A stretch of 64,000 nt of DNA, from assembly GCA_002104945.1 (NCBI GenBank), contig MCFH01000059.1:1-64000 (forward strand). The letters are read 5' to 3'. Numbering within the stretch: position 1 is the stretch's first letter; the number at the start of each line of letters is the position of its first letter. Shown in pieces: positions 1-9,467 of this stretch. The notes beneath the pieces were generated by a model. The model was given only the letters and a program-made list of their open reading frames with translations. It was not told the origin of the DNA and ran no database searches. A program made the translations under genes and the position numbers. This DNA is from Piromyces finnis finn. Lineage: Eukaryota; Fungi; Neocallimastigomycota.

Positions 1-1
1 C

Positions 2-1561
2 CGCTCTGGTTCATCTAATGGTAAACCTGATGCGCTTTCACGAAGACCTGATTATATGGATTCCTCTCTTCCTTCTGATGCTCCTTTTTCGGTTTTACGC
101 CCTGAGAATTTCTGCGCTTTGATTTGTTCCATTTCTTCTCTTAATGATGAAATATTATCTGAATATGTGAACGACTCTTTTTACATTGACATTTGCAATT
201 TTCTTGAAAATAAGAATCTCCCAGCTCCACATCCACAAAGTAATAAATTCTCCCTTAGTAATAGTTTTCTTCTTTTTGATAGTAGAATCTATGTCCCTTT
301 AAAATGCCGTCCCTCCGTTTTGAAACTCTGTCATGATTCCCCCTCTGCCGGTCATTTTGGTATCCGCAAAACTATTTCTTTGATCTCTCGTGACTTTTGG
401 TGGCCATCCATTTCTATTGATGTTAAGAATTATATCCGATCTTGCGAGATTTGTTGCCGCTCCAAGCCTTCTCGTCATAAACCATATGGTTTACTTCAAC
501 CCCTTGAGATTAGTGACCATCCTTGGGCTTCTATTTCTATGGATTTCATTACTGACCTCCCTCCTTCGGATGGATTTAACACTATTCTTGTTGTAGTTGA
601 CCGCCTTACTAAAATGTGCCACCTCATTCCCTTTAAAGGTATTCCTTCTGCTTCTGATACTGCTTTTGCTTTTTTGAATTATATTTTCAAAATTCACGGT
701 CTCCCCTCTGAAATTATTTCCGATAGAGGCGCGCAATTCACTTCGAAATTTTGGAAATCTATTTGTCAATCTTTGGACGTCAATGTTAAATATTCTTCAC
801 CATATCATCATCAATCCAATGGCCAAACGGAGAGGGTAAACTCCGTTGTTGAACAATATTTAAGATGCTTTTCTAATTATAAAGGAACAAACTGGATCAA
901 CTTTCTTCCATTGGCAGAATTCAGTTACAATAATGCTGTTCAAGACTCAACAAAATTCTCACCATTCTTCCTAAATTATGGTTATCACCCAAAATACTCT
1001 CCGGTAATTCCTGACCAAACGAATGTTCCAAGAGCTGAAGAGTTTACAAGAGACTTTGAAGACCTAATGGAGAAACTAAAAGAAAACTTAAAGAAGGCCA
1101 TCCAAGTTCAAAAGAAATATGCCGACAAGTATAGACAAGAACCTCCGACATTCAAGACTGGTGACAAAGTATGGTTGGATAGCTCCTTGATAATTCATAA
1201 AGGAAATAAAAAATTTAATCCTAGGAAACTTGGCCCGTTTAGGATAATTAGTAAAATCTCTAATCTCACTTATAAATTAGAATTACCAAAATCGCTGAAG
1301 ATTTACCCAATTGTTCATGTTTCAAACCTAGAACCGTATTATGAAGATAGTTTTGGAAGAATCAAAGATCCACCTCCACCTATAATAGTAAATGAAGAAG
1401 AAGAATACGAAGTAGAAGAAATACTTGATAAAAGAAAGCATTATGGGAAGATTCAATATCTAATAAAATGGAAAGGTTATCCGCTTTCAGAAGCATCTTG
1501 GGAACCTGAAAGTAATTTAAACTGCGATGAACTAATTAAAAACTTTAATAATTCACATTAG
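2..1561 (+). CDS. Gypsy Pol polyprotein C-terminus (end of RNase H, integrase HHCC/DDE/GPY-F, chromodomain); 5'-partial
   Basis: The frame is open from base 2 (RSGSSNGKPDALSRRPDY, RNase H end motif). It contains CHDSPSAGHFG..CEIC, SMDF/VVDRL/SDRG/GQTER, LGPFRII..LELP..IYPIVHVSNL and the chromodomain EYEVEEILDKR..YLIKWKGY..SWEPESNL. No stops. Confidence 0.95.
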   Translation, partial: RSGSSNGKPDALSRRPDYMDSSLPSDAPFSVLRPENFCALICSISSLNDEILSEYVNDSFYIDICNFLENKNLPAPHPQSNKFSLSNSFLLFDSRIYVPLKCRPSVLKLCHDSPSAGHFGIRKTISLISRDFWWPSISIDVKNYIRSCEICCRSKPSRHKPYGLLQPLEISDHPWASISMDFITDLPPSDGFNTILVVVDRLTKMCHLIPFKGIPSASDTAFAFLNYIFKIHGLPSEIISDRGAQFTSKFWKSICQSLDVNVKYSSPYHHQSNGQTERVNSVVEQYLRCFSNYKGTNWINFLPLAEFSYNNAVQDSTKFSPFFLNYGYHPKYSPVIPDQTNVPRAEEFTRDFEDLMEKLKENLKKAIQVQKKYADKYRQEPPTFKTGDKVWLDSSLIIHKGNKKFNPRKLGPFRIISKISNLTYKLELPKSLKIYPIVHVSNLEPYYEDSFGRIKDPPPPIIVNEEEEYEVEEILDKRKHYGKIQYLIKWKGYPLSEASWEPESNLNCDELIKNFNNSH

Positions 1562-1664
1562 TAATAGTTATTAATTTAAAAAAAAATTAGTAATTGATAA
1601 GAGAAAAAGAGAATAGAAAATAGAAAATAGAAAATGAAAAAATATATTTATAATTTAATATTCA

Positions 1665-1710
<46 letters not shown>

Positions 1711-1808
1711 TTCAAAATGTATTCACTCGTTTCAATTATTTCTTTTATAATAAAGTAACAAATAAATTTAGTTGATTCGTCTGGTATCCGAATCCTGGAG
1801 GAGGACCA

Positions 1809-2217
1809 TGTAACGAATCATAGAAATTAGTAACCTGTCTTAGTGGTTAGTAACTAAGACCTTGGTTTGAACTACTCGAGTTCGAAACCTCATTAATATC
1901 TTTTTTTTAATTATTAAAATATTTTATAACGAAATTTTACCAAAGAAGATAATTTCTGATTGGCTTAAAAAATTAAGTTGTAAAATTTTTATAAATTTAC
2001 TTTTAAAAACATTTATATAAATACGAGTGAAATTTCTCAAAAAATTATTTTGAATTCGAGTTTTTATTAACAAAGAAATTTTATAATAAAAATAAAATTA
2101 TTAAACACTAACCTGTTATAATTTTGTTAAGTGTTCAATAATAAAATTTTTATTTGCTTTTATTATTTTCCTTTTTATATATTTGTGTTTTTATTTATTG
2201 AACATTAGTTCTTTACA
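1809..2217 (+). repeat. 3' LTR of element 1 (~409 bp)
   Basis: Starts TGTAACGAA directly after the PPT and ends TTCTTTACA (imperfect terminal inverted repeat), immediately followed by coding sequence of another integrase. The partner LTR is outside the window. Confidence 0.8.
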
Positions 2218-3271
2218 GTATGGTTGAAAAGATACTACTTTACCAACGAACCCGCTAAAAAACTTTCATCTCAATATCTTGGTCCTTTTAAAATCGTCGA
2301 GGAGAGAAATAGAATGAATTACCGGCTTGAATTACCTGAAAACCTACATATTCATCCGGTATTTCATATCTCACAATTGGAACCTTACACAAAGAGAAAT
2401 CCAGAACTGGAATAACAATGTTTTTTTTAAAAGGGAGCAATGTAAGAATTAATAATTATTTTTTGTATAAATTAATTCTTATTTAATTATTTTTTAATTA
2501 TTAAATTAATTATTTATTTAAACTATTAGCATACATTCATTTAAATTACTATAAACATTTATCTATATTGATATTAATTATTCATTTACTTAATTTAAAA
2601 TTTATTTAATTACTATATTAATTATTTATTTATTTAATTTAGTAATATATTTAAAATAATAGTAAACATTCATTTATTTTTTAATTAATAATTTTTGTAT
2701 TACATTTTATAAGAAACATTATATATTTTATTTTACGTTTGTATTTTATATTTATGTATCGTATCTTGAAATAACTTATAGAAACAATTAGAAAATATAA
2801 ATACATATTAGGACAATCGGATATTAAGGTTTTTCCGAATTTTAATCGGTTTTACTTAATATTACGATGATTGATATATTAGTTATCAATCGAATATCTT
2901 TTTAGGTTTTTCTTCTAGTCTTTTCCTAAAAAGATTATTTGTTAAGATTAGAAATTCTTTATTAAACTTTAAATTATCAAAAAATTATAAATATAAGGAC
3001 TCTGGAATTCCACTAAAGAATCCAGAGTTATTATTTTAAGACAATTATAATAAATAACCCTTTCAAAAACTATATTCATAAAAAATATTTACATTAAAGA
3101 TAGTCTTAATATTTTGTGTTTGTTATTATAATTCACTTATAATAAACTCTTTAAGATAAGTATTCATTTTTATTTACTATTAAGAAACTTCTCAATTTAA
3201 TAATACATATTACGATTTGTATTATTATATTGTAGATAATAATTATTATTAAATATATAATAATTATTACA
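2218..3271 (+). mobile_element. Second Ty3/Gypsy element, 3' end (integrase tail without chromodomain, PPT, 3' LTR), interrupted by element 1
   Basis: 2218-2415 reads VWLKRYYFTNEPAKKLSSQYLGPFKIVEERNRMNYRLELPENLHIHPVFHISQLEPY (GPY/F module) then stops. PPT AAAAGGGAGCAA at 2429-2440; TGTAAG at 2441. Confidence 0.88.
2441..3271 (+). repeat. Putative 3' LTR of element 2 (~830 bp)
   Basis: Starts TGTAAGAATTAAT after the PPT. The candidate end AATAATTATTACA (3271) has reverse complement TGTAATAATTATT, matching the start at 11/13. The end point cannot be confirmed without the 5' LTR. Confidence 0.65.
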
Positions 3272-3288
3272 CACAAAAATTAGTAATT

Positions 3289-3360
3289 GGGGTGTTAGCT
3301 CAGCGGTAGAGCAATTGACTGCAGATCAATAGGTCTTCGGTTCAAATCCGGAACGCCCCT
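3289..3360 (+). tRNA. tRNA-Cys (GCA), intronless
   Basis: Full cloverleaf: acceptor GGGGTGT/ACGCCCC, D arm GCTC/GAGC, anticodon arm ATTGA-CTGCAGA-TCAAT, T arm TTCGG-TTCAAAT-CCGGA, discriminator T. Confidence 0.97.
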
Positions 3361-3789
3361 AATTATTTTTATAAACAATAAAATTTTTTTATAATAAATT
3401 ATAAAATTGATATAAAGGTAAAAAAGAATAAAATAAAATATATATTATATTATTATTATTATCATTATTATTATTATTATTATTTTTACTTATATTTTAT
3501 GTTTTAAATTTCAACAATCTTAAAATTAATTAAAAATATATAAAATTAATGTCCAATTTTTATGTCCAAAAATTGATTTTACTATATATAGGATTAGTAC
3601 AATTTGTATAGTTGGTCATACTATATTATTAAATTATTATTTAATAGAATAGAATGATAGAATGACTTAAAATTTATTGGTTTATAAATATTTTTTATGA
3701 AACCATTTTTTATTTATAAGGAACAACGATTCTCTATTTTTTTTTTTTTTATTATTTTTATTCATTTGGTATGTTAATAAAAATTTCAA

Positions 3790-6700
3790 ATGTCTACAAT
3801 ACATAATTTTATAATTAATAATCATAAGGAACTTATAGATATAATTTCAAAATGGAATTTAACAAATAGTAAGTATCCTATTGATTTTCCTAAAGATAAA
3901 ATAAAACCATTATTAAATGAATATATTTCTGTCGAGGACTATAGATTGGTATTATATTAATAAATTCTTTATTTTAGTAGAATATCATTATATTTCAACT
4001 ACAAAATACTAAAAACATACAAAAATTACTAGAAATTTGAAATATTTTTTTATTTAGAAGCTTGGGAACCATTTAAAGATTTTAACACTAGATTAAATAA
4101 AAGGGAAATTAATTTCGAAGAAAATGCTGTAGATGTTAGGATAGAAGACTTTACAGTTATGGAAGATATATCCACTTCTGTTAATGATAATAAGTTGTTT
4201 GATTGTTACTTTACAATATTAATGCCAAATTACTTCATATATGGTTATCAGGGTATGAAATTTTCTAAAAAATCAATAGAAGATACTGATATAGAGAGAA
4301 GAACTTCTGGGGATATTAAAAAACATGATTTTATATTCCTTGCAAAAATGGATAAATCATTAAAAAAAATACATTATAAAACTATAGTAATGTCTAATAT
4401 TCAAAAAGAGTTCGATAAAAACCTAGTTACCATTTCTAAAAGAACAAATTTATGTAAATATTCACCAGTAGTTTGTACTAAACGTATGACTAAAAAAGAA
4501 ATAACTGAATTTAAAAACATGTATAGAAAAAAAAGAGACAATGATAGTTGTTGGATATGTTATCATGTAATGACATTTGGAACAATAAAAAAAGAATTTA
4601 AAACAATGGATTTATTGGTTACAATGCCAAATTTAAAAATTCGAAAGGAAATAACAACAGGAAAATGTAGAAATGAAAATACACTTTCCAAAGATAAATC
4701 TAAAGATATTCTAAGTAAAATTATGTGTGATTACAATTTAGATGATCAAAAGACTTCGCTAATATTAAAAATATATAAGAATAATATTCTTTTTCGTGAT
4801 GAAAGAAATATTCTTGTTAATTTATTAATGCCTGACGGAAGTCAAAATATTGATAATACTGTTATTCGTGTTATTAATAATATCCAAAAGGGTATTTTTC
4901 CTTTTCCGTTGCAAGATAAAAAAATTTTATATAAAAATATTATTTCTTCAGAAAATCAAGAAATAGATAATGAACTTGAGAACTTATTATATAATTCTGA
5001 TGAAAAGATAAAATTTAACAAAATAGTTAGTGAAGTAATCCAACAATATGGTTTAAATACAACCCAAGCTACTATTCTTGCTGCAGTAAATAATGAAGAA
5101 CATCTTTCTTTAATTCAAGGACCTCCTGGTACTGGCAAAACTAAAATGATTTTAGCATTTACTTATCAAGAACTTCGGTTAGCTAAAATTAAAAGAAAAA
5201 AATCAAAAATTTTGATTTGTGCTCCAAGTAATGCTGCATGTAATGAAATTACTCGCAGATTGAAAAAAGGTATATTTATATTAAATAAATTAACTAGTTT
5301 ATTCTATAATTTTATTAATATAATTATATTATTATATTTTTGTAAATACAATAATGTAATATAATTTTTATTTTAAATTATTTTATTTATTTTTTGTAAA
5401 ATTAGAAAATATTAATACAAATATTATGACGGTTCGATTTATAGTTGATGATAATGCTGATAATACCATTAGTCATGTTTCAGTAGATAAAGTTGCATTG
5501 AGAAAGCTATACAATATAATACGTAATGAGGTAATTGATTTTGCAAAATCAATTTCCATGTCAGATACAATAATTGAAGAATTAGATTTCCATATTAATA
5601 GCATTCAAAATAAAATTAAAGAACTATTAAGTAATAGAAAAGGCTTGAATATTGTAATTTCATCAAAAGCAAAAAATAAGAAAAAAATCATTAATAAATT
5701 ATATCAAAGAGTTTGTCTTCTTGAAAATGAATTAGACCAGCTTATTCAGATGTTTATTGATTATTTATTATTGATTGATGATAATGCTTTTGAGGATTAC
5801 AAAGACCATATTATAGCAACTGCTAAAGAATATAGAATGAGTATTTTTGAAGAGGCAGATGTTATAATTACAACTTTAAGTAGTAGTAATAGTGAATATT
5901 TTAAAAATATTAAGAACAAATTTACTCTTTTAGTAATTGATGAAGCTAGTCAAGCTTCCGAATTAACAACTTTAATTCCATTCTGTCATAATATACCTAA
6001 AGCTATCTTAATTGGTGATCCCAATCAACTTCCACCAACTATTTTAAATTCCGAGGCTGCAGATAACTTTTATGGAAAAAGCTTATTTCAACGACTACAA
6101 GAAAACTCTCCTAATTCTGTTCATCTTTTAAATATTCAATACCGTATGCATCCAAATATTAGTAAACTTTCTTCCCGATGTTTCTATTCTAATGAAATTA
6201 TTAATGGTGAAAATGTTAAATCTTCTAATTGGAATAAGCCATGGTGTAACAATTCAAATTTTGGGCCATTAATGTTTTATGATATAAAGGGTGTCACTAA
6301 TAAAAGTAATAACTCTTTAAATAATGTAACAGAATCTAATCAAATTTTAAATTTCATTACTCAACTACTTCTAATGACTCCAAAACTTATTTATAGTTAC
6401 AAAATTTCAATTATTTCTCCATATCGTGCTCAAGTTTTACTTATTAGAAATAGATTAAGACAATATTACAAAGAAATGCTTGATCAATTAAAACTTGATC
6501 ATACTAATGAATTTGACTTTTTAGGAGAAAAAGTAGTTATATCAGATGAAAATAAAGAATTATTAAAGAAAATAAATATCTTGGATTTTATTAATGTAAA
6601 TACTATAGATAGTTTTCAAGGTCAAGAAAGTGACATTGTCCTTTTATCTTGTGTTCGTTCAGGTACTAAAAGTGTAGGTTTCTTGTCAGATAAAAGAAGA

Positions 6701-7009
6701 CTAAACGTTGCTATTACTCGTGCTCGTTATTCTTTAATTATTTTTGGAGATTCAGAAACTTTATGTAAAGATAAATATTGGAATAATATTATAACCGAAA
6801 TGAAACATGATAAATGTTTCAAGGCAGTAAATATAGCTTTTTTTTAATTAATTATATATTTATTTTATTATTATATTTTTAAGAATAGTAAAAATTTATA
6901 ATTAACAATTTTATTATATTATTTTTAATATTTATAGAATGCTAAGGACTATTTTAAATACTCAAAACATTTCCCTAAAAATTTATTCCCAAAAAGTTTC
7001 TTTAAATAA
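3790..7009 (+). CDS. Sen1/UPF1-like SF1 helicase, paralog A (~962 aa; exons 3790-3948, 4033-5269, 5406-6826, 6938-7009)
   Basis: Motifs QGPPGTGKT, ICAPSNAAC, VIDEASQ, LIGDPNQLPP, LNIQYRMHP, ISPYRAQ, TIDSFQGQE, RRLNVAITRAR. The hand-spliced GT-AG model totals 2889 nt and stays in frame. Confidence 0.9.
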
Positions 7010-7330
7010 TTTATATTCACTTACCTCTATTTTGATATTAATAATAATTTCAACGAAAAATAATTAAAAAATTTTAAACGTGAATTTTTTTTTATCAAAT
7101 TCAATAATATAATTTAATATTAATTTTATTATTTTTGGAGAGTGAAAAAAAAGCTAATAAATAAATAAATAAATAAATAAATAAATATATGAATATATAA
7201 ATAATGAAATAATGTATATTGAATATTAAATAAGCAAATAAACAAAATAAGCAAAAAAAACAACGACAACAAAAAAATTGTCATTAATAAGCCTATATTA
7301 TATGTGAGACAAAAATCATTGTTTTTTTAT

Positions 7331-7412
7331 ACCCTGCTGAGCTTGACTCTAATTGTGAAAGAACTTAGAGGCATAAGTGGGAACTTCGGCGATCTTGAAA
7401 TACCACTATCTT
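7331..7412 (+). pseudogene. Isolated degenerate 28S (LSU) rRNA fragment
   Basis: ACCCTGCTGAGCTTGACTCTA..ATTGTGAA..TAGAG..CATAAGTGGGAACTTCGGCG..TGAAATACCACTA matches the recalled conserved eukaryotic LSU stretch ACCCTGTTGAGCTTGACTCTAGTTTGACATTGTGAA...AAGTGGGAGCTTCGGCG...GTGAAATACCACTA, with two short internal deletions. Confidence 0.85.
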
Positions 7413-7797
7413 ACTATTTTTTTTTTTTTATAAAATCATTGCTTTTTTTTATTTCCTGCTTACATTTAATTTAAATTATGTTATCATTTTATACTATAAA
7501 CTTTTAATTTTTAAAAGATCAATTATTTTCATTAATATTAAATTATATTAAACTTTTTATTATATTATATTTTTATTTCTTGGAATTTTTTATGCTGTTT
7601 ATTAATAACAATATTAAAATATGAATAAATATTTACATAGATATAAATTATTTTCTTTAAATTAATAAATATAAAAATTAATAAAATAATGCATACATTA
7701 ATATTATGAGAAGCTAATATATAAATTAATAACAGTATGATAGTATACAAGATTAAAAATAAAAAATTAAATTTACGATTTTTTGATAAATACAGAA

Positions 7798-8729
7798 TTA
7801 AATATTTAATTCAAATAAGCAGTTAGTAATAAATGCCGAATTTGGTATATTTTCAATTTTTAATTTCTTAACTTCTTTATATGATGGAATTTTAAATTGA
7901 GATATTGCTATATCTTTTTTAGTTTTTAAGCTATCAAAAAAATCAATCAGTTTTTTATTTTCATTGGCTAGACAATTTAAACTACTAGTAGAAGTAATAA
8001 TTTGTAAAAACTCTTCACAAATCATATAATTAGATATATTATTATTAATACACCATTGTATTAATTTTTTTAAGTTTTGTTGAATATATTTTTTATAATT
8101 TTCTTTTAAAGTATTATTTTTCTTTAGTTTGTAATATTTGAGCATTGAATAACTAATTAATTCAATGCAATGATTTAAAAGTTGCTTACTAAACAAGTCT
8201 TCAATATAAAAGTAATTTAATTTATTAAAAGTTCTTTTCATAAAGTAAACAGTATCGTGATTTAATTTATTGTTATTAGTATTAACCACATTATTAATAC
8301 GATTATTTGATAATTTTCACATGTTATTATATAATTCAATAATAATGTCATTTAATTTTTTTAATACATTTAAAATTATATCAACATTCTGTTTTCCCTT
8401 ATATTCCATTTCTTTATTGTAAATTGTTTCAACTACACATTTAATTTCGAAAGTATTAGATAACCAAAAATACTCGTCTTTTTTATTTTTGGAACCAACC
8501 TCCCTAATAGCATCAATAATTTTAGAGGCAAATTGTTCCAATCGATCAAATAAATTAAATTCCACAATTTCTTGAATACACGAACCAATAATTTGTGATG
8601 GGAATAATAAGTCATTTTTTTCTATTTTTTCAATTTTACTACTGTAAGTAGGAACATTATAATTTAAAATAAATTCCTCAGAAACTTCAATTTCAAGAGA
8701 TTCACTTAATAAAATTTCCCTTTTTACAT
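7798..8729 (-). CDS. Divergent myosin-V cargo-binding/Dilute (DIL) domain exon with one in-frame TGA at 8317-8319; probable terminal exon of the upstream helicase
   Basis: ORFs 8317-8565 and 7798-8289 share a frame that is open up to 8730, interrupted by a single TGA. FPSQIIGSCIQE..FASKIIDAIREV..FWLSNTFE and FYIEDLF..IQQNLKKLIQWC resemble recalled Myo2/MyoVa tail motifs (YPARIL..FLAQVLTTIQKV..FWLAN / FWLSNT; FHIE..LNYNVTRLEEWC). Confidence 0.62.
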
Positions 8730-8730
<1 letters not shown>

Positions 8731-8766
<36 letters not shown>

Positions 8767-9317
8767 ATAGTATTAAAAAATAATAAAGGTAATAAAAATT
8801 AATATATATGTAACTATATATAATATTATATCTTATTTATAATAATATTTACCATTTACTTTTTCATATTCAATAAATTCATTAGAAATTTCGGATTCGC
8901 TTAATTCACTTATTGAATTTTCTTTTTAACGTTTTTTTTTTTTTTTTTTAAATTTTTTATAGTATTAAAAAATAATAAAGGTAATAAAAATTAATATATA
9001 TGTAAATATATAAAATATTATATCTTATTTATAATAATATTTACCATTTATTTTTTCATATTCAATAAATTCATTAGAAATTTCGGATTCGCTTAATTCA
9101 CTTATTGAATTTTCTTTTTAACGTTTTTTTTTTTTTTTTTTTTAAATTTTTATAGTATTAAAAAATAATAAAGGTAATAAAAATTAATATATATATGTAA
9201 ATATATAAAATATTATATTTTATTTATAATAATATTTACCATTTACTTTTTCATATTCAATAAATTCCTTACAAATTTCAGTTTCAATTAATTCACTTGT
9301 TGAATTTTCCTTTTTTT
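8731..9317 (-). repeat. Three tandem ~190-200 bp exon+intron units
   Basis: Near-identical units at about 8731-8931, 8932-9123 and 9124-9317, each with a poly-T run and TTTTTATAGTATTAAAAAATAATAAAGGT. On the minus strand each encodes ENSxSELxExEIxxEFIEYEKxNG, followed by GTAAAT. Confidence 0.9.
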
Positions 9318-9467
9318 CTTTATTTTTTTTTTATATAAAATTTTTGAGCATTATAAAATAAATTTATGAAATATAATAAAAAACAATAAAAAAAATGTAA
9401 AATGTAAGTGTATATAAAAAATATTGTAATATTACTATTTAATATTTTTATTTACAATAATATTTAC

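Larger units (their letters stand above)
1..2217 (+). mobile_element. Ty3/Gypsy chromovirus-type LTR retrotransposon, 3' part (runs off the left edge)
   Basis: Pol C-terminus with integrase and chromodomain, 3' UTR, purine-rich PPT (GGAGGAGGACCA, ~1797-1808), then an LTR bounded by TGTAA...TTACA. Confidence 0.93.

Noticed and set aside
390-769. Alternative-frame and antisense ORFs over pol (likewise those over the DnaJ, coiled-coil, GPCR, CotH and RRN6 genes)
   Set aside because: They are shadow ORFs of real coding sequence with no independent motifs.
1829-1900. Functional tRNA inside LTR1
   Set aside because: The acceptor, D and anticodon stems do not pair. Only A/B-box-like motifs remain, reported as a finding.
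7565-7750. 61-aa minus-strand ORF
   Set aside because: Ile/Asn-rich composition expected by chance in AT-rich DNA; no motif.
8731-9317. CRISPR-like array
   Set aside because: The units are ~190 bp, nearly identical throughout, have no unique spacers, and lie in a eukaryotic gene context.
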